Source: Paraspadella gotoi
Lineage: Eukaryota > Animalia > Chaetognatha
Length of the DNA: 64,000 nt
Assembly: GCA_051294375.1 (NCBI GenBank)
Contig: CM119268.1
Coordinates: 3,375,856-3,439,855, forward strand
Reading direction: 5' to 3'
Part shown: piece by piece, positions 43,677 to 55,744 of the stretch
Layout: each line of letters starts with the position of its first letter
Numbering within the stretch: position 1 is the stretch's first letter
Made by a program: the position numbers and the translations under genes
Notes under the pieces: generated by a model
Database searches by the model: none
What the model saw: the letters and a program-made list of their open reading frames with translations, nothing else
Told to the model about the DNA's origin: nothing

Positions 43677-44300
43677 CTTATGTATAATTCACTTTCGCAC
43701 ACCACCGTCTAACGCCAACCTGATTTTAAATCCACTCGTCTCCGCTCTCAACGATCATGGCTAAAAAAAAATACAAAAAAAAATGGGAAAAAAAGAAAAC
43801 TAGCCACCAAACGACGATGTTATTAAAACAAAGATACACAAAAAAGACACAATAAAAAAAAAAAAAACCCCACTCTCTTCCCACCTATCATCCTCTTTCC
43901 ACCCCTTTCTTTGTCCACTTCTCCCTCCCTTCCTCCCTTCCTCCATCTTCCTCCCCACCTCGCCTTCCTTCCTCCCGCATCTCCCTACCCCCTTCCCTCC
44001 CCACTTTCCTCCCACTCTCCTCTTCCGCTTCCTCCCCTTTCTTTCCCCCGCACTCTCCCTTCCCCTTTCTTCCCCTTTCCTCCCCACTACGATTTACCTG
44101 CTCGCTTTGCCCCGCTTCCTTTACTCCCACACGTTCCTCCCACATCTCCCCTACCGCCTTCCTCCCACTTTCTCCCCACCTCCCTTCCTGCCACGGCCTT
44201 CTATCCCCAACTTTCCTCCCACTCTCTTTCCCCCTTCTAACGCCCATTTTAAAACCTAATTCCGCCCCCTTCCATCCCCCTTTTTCAACACCCCATTCAG

Positions 44301-44425
44301 CTCCCTCCGCCTTCTCCAAACTGACGGAACTCGTCGACCTTCGCGTCGCCAAATCCGCCGTCAGATCTGTGGACCCTCTCGCCTTCGAGGGACTGGAGCG
44401 GAGCCTGAGAAGACTCAGTCTTAAG
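44301..44425 (+). CDS. LRR gene exon (PSAFSKLTELVDLRVAKSAVRSVDPLAFEGLERSLRRLSLK)
   Basis: ccattcag acceptor, AAG|gtgagt donor, open frame, phase 1/0, LRR consensus. Confidence 0.88.
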
Positions 44426-44540
44426 GTGAGTTGGAGCGGTGAGTTAAAGCTATATGAGTTGGAGCCGAAATGTGTTGGATCGAAGAGATTGGGTTAGAGA
44501 GAAGGTCGAGAGGTGACTCTCTGAGTATTTCGTTTAAAGG

Positions 44541-44680
44541 TTGGGCTGCAGGAGTGAGTTGGAGAAGTCGGTTGGAACAAAGATATTGGGCTGCAGGTGT
44601 GAGTTGGAGCAGTCAGTTGGAACAACGTTATTGGGCTGCAGGAGTGAGTTGGAGCAGTCAGTAGGAACAAAGATATTGGG
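44541..44680 (+). repeat. 45 bp tandem repeat x3 just downstream of an exon donor
   Basis: ttgggctgcaggagtgagttggagcagtcagttggaacaaagata starts at 44541, 44586 and 44631. Confidence 0.85.
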
Positions 44681-45337
44681 ATAGATAATGGACTGAAAGG
44701 CCTTTGAAGGTCTCTAGGGACCAGAAGTCCAAACCAACGTTTGAATGATGACGCTATGAGAACTGAGAGGTTTGTTTAATTAAAGAGTAAAAATTCTATA
44801 AAAAAATTGTTTGATAAAGATACAACCAGTTGAAATAAAAAAGCGATTGAAAAAAAAATACTTTGAAATTTACGGCCTTAAAATCAAACTGAGATTTTAT
44901 AAATCCTCTCTCTGCTCTCTCTCTACTCTCTCTTCTCTCTCATCTCTCATCTCTCTCTCTCTCTCCTCTCCTTCTGCTCTTCTTGCTCCTCTGTTCTCTC
45001 TACATCTTCTCATCAAATCTAACATACTTTGGTAATCAATATTTATGCTATAGCAAGTTTTAGTTATATTTTAATATCAACTTACATACTTATTTTTTTT
45101 TGTGTGTGTGTGCTTGGGATTGTTGATTCTTTACAGACACGACACAGATTTCTAATCAACAAAAACAACAACAACAACACAAAATCTGATGTCCCAAAAT
45201 TTTTTACCAAACTTAACTATCGGAAATTGCTATTCGTTGTGAAATTGCTGATGAATATTATTATACCCAATATAGCTATCCAGTTCGATTTTAATTTTTT
45301 TTCCTCCAAGTTTCTTCACACGAGTTTTCGTCCAAAG

Positions 45338-45467
45338 GCTCGACCCACCGCCACTTCGCTGCGAGAGGAGGGATCTGAAGAGGCCTCGAACCTTACCTCC
45401 CCGCGCGTTAAAATGACTCACCCTTCGGAATTCTCCGAGCGGCTTTTCTTCCAATTTCCCCATTTAG
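45338..45467 (+). CDS. Probable noisy LRR exon (…RDLKRL…ERLFFQFPHL)
   Basis: tccaaag acceptor and TTAG|gtaata donor. LRR-like peptides need several frameshifts, and it lies next to a 400 nt gap that could hide the partner exon. Confidence 0.45.
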
Positions 45468-46786
45468 GTAATAGCAGGTAAATGACTTTATTTCTTCCCG
45501 GTTTGCAGCCGAGAAATTAACATAACCAGTTTTCATATCAAGCATTTACTCGTCCTCTCGTGCGGGGAATTCGTGTCGAATCCTGAAATCTTGTCTGTCC
45601 GTCTTCTCTAGTAGTCAGTATCGTCCGCTTCGTTTTAGTGATTATGTAGTTGTATTTTTTATNNNNNNNNNNNNNNNNNNNNNNNNNNNNNNNNNNNNNN
45701 NNNNNNNNNNNNNNNNNNNNNNNNNNNNNNNNNNNNNNNNNNNNNNNNNNNNNNNNNNNNNNNNNNNNNNNNNNNNNNNNNNNNNNNNNNNNNNNNNNNN
45801 NNNNNNNNNNNNNNNNNNNNNNNNNNNNNNNNNNNNNNNNNNNNNNNNNNNNNNNNNNNNNNNNNNNNNNNNNNNNNNNNNNNNNNNNNNNNNNNNNNNN
45901 NNNNNNNNNNNNNNNNNNNNNNNNNNNNNNNNNNNNNNNNNNNNNNNNNNNNNNNNNNNNNNNNNNNNNNNNNNNNNNNNNNNNNNNNNNNNNNNNNNNN
46001 NNNNNNNNNNNNNNNNNNNNNNNNNNNNNNNNNNNNNNNNNNNNNNNNNNNNNNNNNNNNNNNNNNNAGAGAGAGAGAGAGAGAGAGAGCGCTACCCTTG
46101 TTATGGCGCCCAAGAGGCCAACATTGGCAGACATTTTCCGCAATTCAGAATTTAAAAAAAAAATAAAGAGATAATTCGAAAACGGGAATTTAAAAAAAAA
46201 AAGATTTTATTAAAAGCCATTTATTTTGAAACAACTCAGTCATAAAGAAATTTTACTCGTGAGGTTTTAATCAGATTTTTGTTTTTTAATCTTCAGTTTA
46301 TCAGTTAAAATTTCTTCGCTAATCTTCGCTAATCTTCGCTACTCTTCGCGATAATCGTTATTCTTAGAAAAAATAGTTGCGTGAATTTTTTCGGATTAGT
46401 TCCCTATTTTTTTTTCTGCCTCCCTTTTGTTATCTCGAATGAATCTTAAATTTGTGTGCCTATTTAAATACAGTGATTAAAAATAAGTAACCTTGTATTT
46501 ATTTCTTTTCGCCCCTTTTCGAGGCTTATTTTCTATCCTCTTATCTCTTTCCTTTCCTTTTCATTTGTCTTTCTATCTTCCTTTCCTACTTTTTTTCCTT
46601 CACGCTTTATTTCCTTTCCTCCTTTCTTCTCTCTTTCCTTTTTTTTCCTTTCCTTTCGTCGGTTTCTCGCCTGCCCTTTTTCGCTCAACCTCTCGATTTA
46701 GAGGAAAGAAAAAAATGTTTTGGGTTTTGAGTAATAGTAAATACGAGACCAAAATATTCCCCAAATGACTCACCCCATTTTGGCCA

Positions 46787-46832
<46 letters not shown>

Positions 46833-47129
46833 CTCTCTCTCTCTTCCCCAGAAGGGACTTTTTAAAAGTATTTAAAAACAAAAAGTCCTCCCACCCCTAA
46901 AAAATCAACGATATCATAAAAAAAAAAAAAACAACTTAAGTTCACTCGCCAAAGTGAAATCACATTTTTTTCAAGTCACGATCTCGATTTTAACGATTTT
47001 AGAAAAACAAATTCCGTGAATCCCTTTTTGGTCATTCGGCGCGAATCCCGACCGAAAGCGGCCTTCACGCCGATTGACTGACTTTCTCCCCCGTCGCTCT
47101 TTCCCAAATCCGCTTTCCACATCTTTTCT

Positions 47130-47575
47130 TTCCTTCCACCGTCTTCCCTTTCATTTTCCACTTCTCCCTTATCCCTCCCTCCCACCCAGCGTCTTTCCTT
47201 TCCTTTTCACTTCTCGCCTTCCCTACCTTCCACCGTCTTCCCTTTCATTTTCCACTTCTCCCTGCCCTCCCTCCCACTGTCTTTCTTTCATTTTTCCACT
47301 TCTCCCTTTCTCCCCTCCCCCGTCTTTCTTTCATTTTCCACTTCTCCCTTTCCTCCCTTCCCTCCGTCTTCCCATTTCATTTTCCACTTCTCCCTCTCCC
47401 TCCCTTCCACCGTCTTTCCCTTTCATTTTCCCACTTCTCCTCTCCCTCCCCTTCCACCGTCTTTCCTTTCATTTTCACTTCTCCTTTCCCTCCCGTTCCA
47501 TCGTCTTCCCTTTCAATTTTCCACTTTTCTCCCTTTCCCTCCCTTCCACCGTCTTCCCTTTCATTTTTCACTTCT
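47130..47575 (+). repeat. Minisatellite, ~35-40 bp unit
   Basis: Recurrent ccttccaccgtcttccctttcattttccacttctcc. Confidence 0.8.
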
Positions 47576-47758
47576 CGCCGATCTTTGCCTGTGAAACGAT
47601 TATGATCAAGTGGCAAAGTGACGAGGTTTTCGGCCGAAAGAAAGCCACGAGAAAGCGACTCGAACCTACTGAAAATACTGGTCCAAAAAGGTCAACTAAG
47701 ATGACCGAAAAAAAAAGAGCATAGACGAGATAACGAAATATTTGATCCCTTCCACCAG

Positions 47759-47870
47759 GAGAATCTCCTCAACCGCGTCCCGACTTCCGCTTTGTCGAGA
47801 CTCAGTCACCTCGAGAATTTGACCCTCGACACGAATCTCATCATCGAGATCAACAACGAAGCCTTTGCAG
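47759..47870 (+). CDS. LRR gene exon (ENLLNRVPTSALSRLSHLENLTLDTNLIIEINNEAFA)
   Basis: tccaccag acceptor, GCAG|gttgac donor, phase 0/1, LRR consensus. Confidence 0.9.
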
Positions 47871-48199
47871 GTTGACATTCATTGATTGCTTGATTGATTG
47901 ATTGGTTTTGTATGGTTTAATTTGATTTGATTGATTTGATTTGTTTGATTCCATGACCGATGAATTTATTGGATTTTTTTAAATCTGGTTTTGTCAGTTG
48001 ATTGATTGATTGATTGATTGATTAATTTTTTGCCTTTTCTGATATAAAAGTCCCGACAGGAAACAGGATCTCCATCGGGCATTGTTCTAGAATCCTTCGC
48101 TGGTCATCGACCTTGGTGCCTTTCCGCCGTCTCTCCTTTCTTGATGAGGAGGCTCTTCTATTTTCTCCTCATCCATTTTCTTTTCTCCTTTTTCTTTTA

Positions 48200-49150
48200 G
48201 TTTTCTATCTCCTTTTTTTTTTCTTCCTTTTTTCCTAACTCCTTTTAATTTCCTTTCCTCTTTTCTCCTTCTATCTCCTTATCTTTTTCTTCCTTTTTTC
48301 CTATCTCCTTTTAATTTCCTTTCCTCTCTTCTCCTTCTATCTCCTTTTCTTTTTTCTTCCTTTTTTCCCATCTTCTTTTAATTTCCCTTTCCTCTTTTCT
48401 CCTTCTATCTCCTTATCTTTTTTCTTCCTTTTTTCCTATCTCCTTTTAATTTCCTTTCCTCTCTTCTCCTTCTATCTCCTAATCTTTTTTCTTCCTTTTT
48501 TCCTATCTCCTTTTAATTTCCTTTCCTCTCTTCTCCTTCTATCTCCTAATCTTTTTTCTTCCTTTTTTCCTATCTCCTTTTAATTTTCTTTCTTCTCCTT
48601 CGAGCTCCTTATCTTTTTTCTTCCTTTTTTCCCATCTCCTTTTAATTTCCCTTTCCTCTCTTCTCCTTTTATCTCCTTATCTTTTTTCTTCCTTTTATCC
48701 TCTCTCCTTTTAATTTCCCTTTCCTCTCTTCTCCTTCTATCTCCTAATCTTTTTTCTTCCTTTTTTCCTCTCTCCTTTTAATTTCCTTTCCTCTCTTCTC
48801 CTTCTATCTCCTTATCTTTTTTCTTCCTTTTTTCCTCTCTCCTTTTAATTTCCTTTCCTCTCTTCTCCTTCTATCTCCTTATCTTTTTTCTTCCTTTTTT
48901 CCCATCTCCTTTTAATTTCCTTTCCTCTCTTCTCCTTTTATCTCCTAATCTTTTTTCTTCCTTTTTTCCCATCTCCTTTTAATTTCCCTTTCCTCTCTTC
49001 TCCTTCTATCTCCTTATCTTTTTTCTTCCTTTTTTCGTCTCTCCTTTTAATTTCCTTTCCTCTCTTCTCCTTCTATCTCCTTATCTTTTTTCTTCCTTTT
49101 TTCCTCTCTCCTTTTAATTTCCTTTCCTCTCTTCTCCTTCTATCTCCTTC
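48200..49150 (+). repeat. Polypyrimidine minisatellite, ~67 bp unit, ~14 copies
   Basis: Recurrent ctccttttaatttcctttcctctcttctccttctatctccttatcttttttcttccttttttcc. Confidence 0.85.
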
Positions 49151-49424
49151 TCTTTCCTCATTTTAACCTTGTTTTTCATCGCGAGAGAGTGAAAGCCATT
49201 ATGATCGAGCGACCGACCGACCGACTGTTAAGGAACAAGACGTCATTATATCGTCTTGTTGTGGCTCGAATTACCAGTCTTCCCTTTCTCTCTTTTTCTC
49301 TTCCTTCTCTTTTTATTTTTATTATTTTTTGTTTTATTCTCTATTTTTTAACGACCATGAACAATTAATTAGTGAGTATATTTTGTTTTTTATATATTTA
49401 ATAGTTTTTTTTTCATTTAACCAG

Positions 49425-49495
49425 GACTTACGCGGTTGAAGTTCGTTTCCCTTTGGTTCAATCAGATGCAGAGGATCACGGATCGCGCGTTCCAG
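49425..49495 (+). CDS. LRR gene exon (GLTRLKFVSLWFNQMQRITDRAFQ)
   Basis: taaccag acceptor and CAG|gtaaga donor; phase 1/0 matches both neighbours. Confidence 0.9.
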
Positions 49496-50215
49496 GTAAG
49501 AATCAGGCCTTTTCTCACTTTTATCAATGTGTAAAAAGTTAAAGATACATTAAAAAATACATTTCTTATTTAAAATCGCAAAGTGGTTTTTGACACTTTA
49601 ATACATTCGCGAAAAGAGAAACCAGATTGTCGGCTTTTGACGCTTGTAATACATATCAATGAACACTGGAGGGATAACAATGAAGACGACGACGACGACG
49701 ACGACGACGACGACAACGACGACGACGACGTTAAAAACAGCAAGGTTGACATCGAAAAGAACGACTAAGACGAGGTCGACTTAAAAATCGGCGGAAAAAG
49801 AAAACGACAAAAACGACGACGAAAACAACGACAATAAAAAAACGCCGCCGACAATAACGACAACGATTATGACAAAAAAAGACAAGAACAACGACGAAAG
49901 CGACGACGATCACGACGGCAAAGAAAAGGACGAAAGCGGGGACAACGACGATAACAACGACAACGACAAAAGGCGACAACAACAGAGGATTAATACTTTT
50001 CTATAAAAATGTTGATGCATACGATTTGATTGATGACGGTCATAAAAAGCTTCCAGTTTTCAACAAAACATAAACAAGAGAAAAAAAAACAAGAGCGGGG
50101 AAACTGAGAATAAAAAAAAAAAAGTCGCGTCGAAATTTTGTTTCTGTGAATAAATCGATAGAAAAATATGTGACGTGTACAAGGATGTAAACAATGGAGG
50201 GAGGGAGAGAGAGAG

Positions 50216-50289
<74 letters not shown>

Positions 50290-50838
50290 AGAAGGAAGAA
50301 TGGAATTCAACTATTTAGAAACAAACTTTTATTGATATTCACTATTTGTTTATAATAATAATCAAGATAATTCTGTGGAGAAAGATTTAGAGATACGACC
50401 ACCAGTTTAAACTGAAGCCTTACGTTTTATTTATGGCTTTTTTTAATTTATTTTTTTTAAATTAAGTGTGATGAGTGATAACATTTGTTTAATGGCCTTT
50501 AATGACTCTTGGTTTCCTGCCTTAACGAATGACGGCATCCGTGCAGTGGCATCTGTGCTGTAGCATCTGCGCATTGTGCGCAACGGCATCTGTGGTCACG
50601 GCGCGATGGCACGGAACTCGTTTCCATTTTAAACAAATCCTATTTGGCGGGAAGAGAGAGAAAAAAATCGGGAGATGAAAAATCACTGGACTGTGACTCA
50701 TTAAATTCTCTTTCCAACGACGAGACTTTATAGCGAAAATTTGGGGCGCGTCGAATTATCGCCTGCCTGCCTGCCTGCCTGCCTTCCTTCCTTCCTTCCT
50801 TCCTACCTTCCTTCCTTCCTTCCTTCCTTCCTTCCTTC

Positions 50839-50912
<74 letters not shown>

Positions 50913-50980
50913 ATCTTCTGTCTCTCTTTCTTTCCTTTATTTCACATTTCGTCACATTTATTCTCATTTCTCCCACTCAG

Positions 50981-51105
50981 GGTTTGGAATATTCCCTCAT
51001 CCATCTCGGACTCCAATACAACAAATTGCAGAATGACGACGTGTTGGCCATCGGAAAACTTAAACATTTGGAGGAACTCAAATTGGGTTTTAACCAAGTC
51101 TCAAG
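50981..51105 (+). CDS. LRR gene exon (GLEYSLIHLGLQYNKLQNDDVLAIGKLKHLEELKLGFNQVS)
   Basis: cactcag acceptor, AG|gtagac donor, phase 0/2. Confidence 0.92.
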
Positions 51106-51355
51106 GTAGACTTTTAATCTGAGATTAAACAATTTTAAATATAATATTATGAGGTATAATTTGAGATTAATCTTTTTTTTTATTTCACAATATTTCACAT
51201 AAAGTGTGATCCGAGATAAGATAATATACAATGTTTTGATTCGAGATTAATCGTATCTATTTTTTAAACAATATTTCACACATAGATTATTTTCAAATTC
51301 TGTTTTTGAACTTTGCTCTCTCAACTCTTGCCCTTCTCTCTCTCTCCTCGCCAAG

Positions 51356-51568
51356 TTTCCCGTACAACATGTTCAAAAACATGGTTCACCTCAAATACTT
51401 GAACCTTGAGCAAAACCACGTGGAGGTGCTGTCGAACGAGACCTTCCGCGGTCTCGAGGGATCCCTGGAGACCCTCATCATCAGCAAGAACAAACTCTAC
51501 GACATCCAAGGTTCTCCCTTCAAGAGATTCTTCAAACTCAAGCGACTCTTCATCGATCAGAACGACAA
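51356..51568 (+). CDS. LRR gene exon (FPYNMFKNMVHLKYLNLEQNHVEVLSNETFRGLEGSLETLIISKNKLYDIQGSPFKRFFKLKRLFIDQND)
   Basis: ccaag acceptor, AA|gtgggt donor, phase 2/2, three LRR units. Confidence 0.92.
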
Positions 51569-51970
51569 GTGGGTTTATATTGTGTGTGTGTGTGTGTTTG
51601 TGTGTGTGTGCTGGTGTGTTTGTGTGTGTGGTGTGTTTGTGTGTGTATGTGTTATGTGTGTGTGGTTTGTTGTGTGTGTGTTTGTGTGTGTGTGTGTGTA
51701 TTATTTCTTTGATTTAGTCGCAGCTAGATAAGTTCGTCTAACGTTCTGTCTGTCTGTCTGTACGTTTGTCTGTCTCTCCATGGATATTATATTGAAGAAA
51801 GTAAGATAGAAAGAGAAAAAAACTATGTGGGAAACACGTTCCATTGTCTAACTCACGTATTTTAATTCTTCTAGTTCTAGGTGATGTACTACAGTACAGT
51901 TAGTCTCCACGTACTGTATAATTTTAATTTCTATAAAATTTCTTTCTTCCCTCCCCCCTCCCCGTGGCAG

Positions 51971-52190
51971 ACCCAACAAAGCCCCCCCTGGCGCGGAACT
52001 CAGGTTCACCCTCGAAACCATCAAGGGTCTCGAGTTCAACCTTGAGACCCTGAGTCTTCAGGCGATGCGGCTTCAGTCGAGCGACCTCTTGGCCATCGGC
52101 AAGTTGAGGATGTTGAAGGGGCTGCATCTCTGCGAGAATCACATCGGGATCATCCCCTTTGGAGTCTTCAAGGAGTTGAAGCATCTCAAG
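51971..52190 (+). CDS. LRR gene exon (PNKAPPGAELRFTLETIKGLEFNLETLSLQAMRLQSSDLLAIGKLRMLKGLHLCENHIGIIPFGVFKELKHLK)
   Basis: gtggcag acceptor, AAG|gtgggt donor, phase 2/0, open frame. Confidence 0.92.
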
Positions 52191-52502
52191 GTGGGTCTAT
52201 GGAAGGGGGTTAGTTTTGGATAGTGGAAGGGGGATGTCAAGGAGTCGCTGGTTGAGTAGAAAAAGTCCGTAAAATAATAAATAAAAAAATATTATTATTG
52301 GTTTCGGAGTCATGATTTGTTTTTAAAGAATTTAGATTAATTTTAGTCTGGCATTGTTGATAATCATTTGTTTTCATCTTTATATGTCAATCTAGCTCCT
52401 TTCTTCGCACCTTTGATCATTGCTGATTTTAAAAATAAACCATGACACCAAATCTTACTTCCTCCCGTCCTCTCTCTCTCTCTCTCTCTCTTTCCTCTCT
52501 CT

Positions 52503-52579
<77 letters not shown>

Positions 52580-52673
52580 CCTCTTCTATTTATTTCAAAA
52601 CGCTTTACTTCAACCTGACTCTATCTCCCCCAATCGCTTTTCTCACCTCGACCTTACCTCCTTACCTCCTAAG

Positions 52674-52836
52674 GTGCTGGATCTCTGCCACAACAAGATA
52701 CGTAGGGTCAACGCGACGGCGTTTCAAGGCCTCAGAGATTCGCTGGAGAAGCTCGACCTTCAGAGCAACGACATCACCACCTTTCACGAGTGTAGCCTCC
52801 ACGGGTTCCACAGGATCGAGACCATCAACCTCAAAG
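52674..52836 (+). CDS. LRR gene exon (VLDLCHNKIRRVNATAFQGLRDSLEKLDLQSNDITTFHECSLHGFHRIETINLK)
   Basis: cctaag acceptor, AAAG|gtgact donor, phase 0/1. Confidence 0.92.
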
Positions 52837-53249
52837 GTGACTCTGGCTTTTTTCCGTTACTTGACTTTCCAAGTTGTGTTGGTGACATTCCTGGAAAAGA
52901 AGTGGATACGAGACGAGGTCTTTGTACTTTTTTAGGTGGACTCGTTTCTTTTCTGTCATAATTAACGGAGTGACTGACCTTCGAGTCTAAATAATTTCAG
53001 TACAAAAAGAGAGGAATATAAACATTGTAAATATTTTACTAAGTAAATTCAGTTATACATTTAACATTAAATTTCGCTGAACTTGAAGACGGAGTTCTTT
53101 AGCTAACCGAACGATCGCACGTTACCTGCATAAAACATTTCTCCCATTTCACTAGGCAATTAACCATTGCTTCCCGAAACCAACGCCTTCCCTTTTCCTG
53201 TACACAATCGCCCCTTGTTTAGCTAAAGCCAAGTCTCTTCTTTCCCCAG

Positions 53250-53399
53250 ACAATCAACTGAACTGCGACTGTCGACTCGCTTGGCTCCGCGAGAGAATGG
53301 ATTACGGTTCCACGGAATTCCGAATCGCGGCTCGGGAGTGGCAATGTCAGAAGCCGGCAGAGTTCCAGGGCCGTACCCTTTACACCATGACTTATTCGG
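53250..53399 (+). CDS. LRR C-terminal cap exon (DNQLNCDCRLAWLRERM…WQCQKPAEFQGRTLYTMTYS)
   Basis: ccccag acceptor and G|gtaagt donor; classic LRRCT NxxxCDCxLxWL…CxxPxxxxG motif. Confidence 0.93.
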
Positions 53400-53409
53400 G
53401 TAAGTTGAG

Positions 53410-53452
<43 letters not shown>

Positions 53453-53503
53453 TCTCTCCAAAACCAATTTTGGCAAAAAATATAATATCTTAAAATGAGG
53501 AGC

Positions 53504-53608
53504 TCAATTAAATCAATTAAATCAATTAAATCAATTAAATCAATTAAATCAATTAAATCAATTAAATCAATTAAATCAATTAAATCAATTAAATCAATTA
53601 AATCAATT
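53504..53608 (+). repeat. (TCAATTAAA)n 9-mer tandem repeat, ~11 copies
   Basis: Directly visible; source of the SIK/IDL artefact ORFs. Confidence 0.95.
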
Positions 53609-54531
53609 TTGAGTCGCCTCTTCATTCCAAAGTTGAGTAAAGATCGAGCGAGAACTTCTCTTGAATTCCAAAAATGTTAAATAATATTCCCGGCCTAAAA
53701 TTCCATTCCCTTTCATTCTCATAACAAGTAGTTCTTATAAAAGGCAATGTAATTTATTTCTTCACGCATTCATCGGATGTTTTATTTAAAAATAAACTCC
53801 CGGTCATTTCTCTTTTTGGTGTCGAATTCTTATTACTAAAAATTCAGTCCTCCACTTGAATATAGAATGTACTCTATTCACCGTTTTAATTTCAAAATGA
53901 CTACGAAAATAGGGTTAAATTAAAATACGACTTACGAATTATCTCAACTATTTTGATAACAGTTGCAGTCTCTGGTCTCTGACGATAATTTTTAATTGTA
54001 AAGTATAGTATAGTATACGTAAGAACAAGTTTGAGCAAACAATGTCGGATCTGCTCACGATCATTAGCAGTAATTATATAATAAATTAAATTATTTGATC
54101 TGAAATGTTTGTTTTTGGGTCTTTTCGTCACTGACCATGACAAAAGCAACTACGACGATGATGGCGACGACGACAATAACGATTGACTTGATTAATTGAT
54201 TGTTTGATTAATTGATTAATTGATTAATTATTTGATTGATTGATTAAATAATTAATTAATAAATAAATGGATTGATTGAATAATTAATTAATAGATAAAT
54301 AAAGTGATTGCTTAAATAATTAATTGATTGATTAATTGACTAATTAATTGATTGATTAATTAACTAATTGATTACTTAACTAATTAATTATTTGATTAAT
54401 TAATACATCTTGTATTTACATTTACATATAAAAAGAAAAAGAAGCATAATCAAAAATATCAAAAGAGAAAGAAAATCAAAAATCATATTTAAAAATAAAC
54501 GTTTTAAAAATGTCGAACATTCACCTAATTA

Positions 54532-55182
54532 CACGGATTTCAAATGGGAGTGAAATTAAAATACCAAAATAATTTGTTATAGCAACTTCAGATTTTGCAT
54601 TCTGACGTTTTTTTTATTTTTCAACTCCTAGTCATCGAGCTTTTCTTACTTTCTTATTTATGTGTTCATCAATGGCAAGGTCGAATTTCAAAAAAATAAA
54701 TTTGGTTCATATTATAGATATAAACATTGGAGTATGAGCCTGAGAAATCAGAATGTCAAAAGCTTTTTCACAACCACAATGACAGCCTTTTTAATTTATA
54801 ATTTTTTTAGTTAAAACTTATAGAAAATAAAAGTTTCAATATTTTTAAAAAAATGGAAAAGAACAAGGATCTGGCAACAGCCTGTTTGTTGCTTCGCTAA
54901 ACATTGAAATATATTAATAAGAATTTTTTTACATGCTCTCAAGATATTATTTTAAAAGAATATAAAAGAAATTAAAAAATTCGACTCATTTTTTTTCACA
55001 ATCAGTTTAAAATGGAAGGCAAGCGCACTAGTTGCTATGATGTAAAGTATTATCAATTTTGCTATATAGAAACATAAACATCAAGGAATCTTCTAACTAA
55101 TGAGATGAACAAATATGAATCACATTCTGTCAGTTAAGAGTTATTACAATTCTTTTCATTTCACTCCCATTTAAAATCCGTG
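54532..55182. mobile_element. MITE with ~27 bp TIRs and flanking TA
   Basis: ta|CACGGATTTCAAATGGGAGTGAAAT … ATTTCACTCCCATTTAAAATCCGTG|ta, one mismatch; AT-rich non-coding interior. Confidence 0.75.
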
Positions 55183-55360
55183 TATAAAGTAGATAAAAAT
55201 TTTCAATTTACTTTTTTTGTTCTACATATTTTTATTTTCTGCATCCTAGCCGGCACCCGAACTTTTGATTAAATTATTATATAATTTAGAGTCATGATGC
55301 GATAATCCTTTCTTTTTCGTTGTTTATTGGTATTGAATTTTTAACAACGATTTTTAATTA

Positions 55361-55410
55361 ATAGTTGAACATGTTTCGGCTTGTTTACTTCAAGCCTTCA
55401 TCAGCATATG
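55361..55410 (-). ncRNA. Minimal type I hammerhead ribozyme motif (Penelope-like element type)
   Basis: Minus strand reads CTGATGA-A-GGCTTG-aagtaaa-CAAGCC-GAAAC-AT-GTT: intact catalytic core, perfect 6 bp stem II and palindromic ACATGT stem III. Stem I pairing is weak. Confidence 0.75.
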
Positions 55411-55448
55411 ACATTCAATAATAAATTTTGTGTAAAAGAAGAGTGTGT

Positions 55449-55479
<31 letters not shown>

Positions 55480-55587
55480 GGTAAAGGTTTTTCCAACAAA
55501 GTGGTGAGACAGAATAGTGGTCAGATGTGAGGACAGGTTGAAGGTGAGGGCAGATTGAGTGAGTTGTGAAAAGAAGTGAAACTTGTT

Positions 55588-55629
<42 letters not shown>

Positions 55630-55744
55630 AACAACAGAGATAAATAAATAATAAAGATACATTTTTGCAATGTACAACAAAGATAAAGGAGTTTGAAAAA
55701 CTAATATTGGTGAAATTTAACATTTAACTAATAATTAATAATTT

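Larger units (their letters stand above)
34740..43740 (+). repeat. Copy 3 (noisy) of the repeated block (carries the ~35-37.7 kb insert and the 42.6 kb MITE)
   Basis: gagtccaatggtcgcagtttcgac at 34777 matches 17535 and ~23760. 37760-42600 is colinear with 24420-28860 plus 33130-33360. Confidence 0.8.

Noticed and set aside
44541-44680. CRISPR-like array (this and the 54 bp and 67 bp repeats)
   Set aside because: Head-to-tail tandem units without unique spacers, in eukaryotic intronic DNA, with no cas genes.
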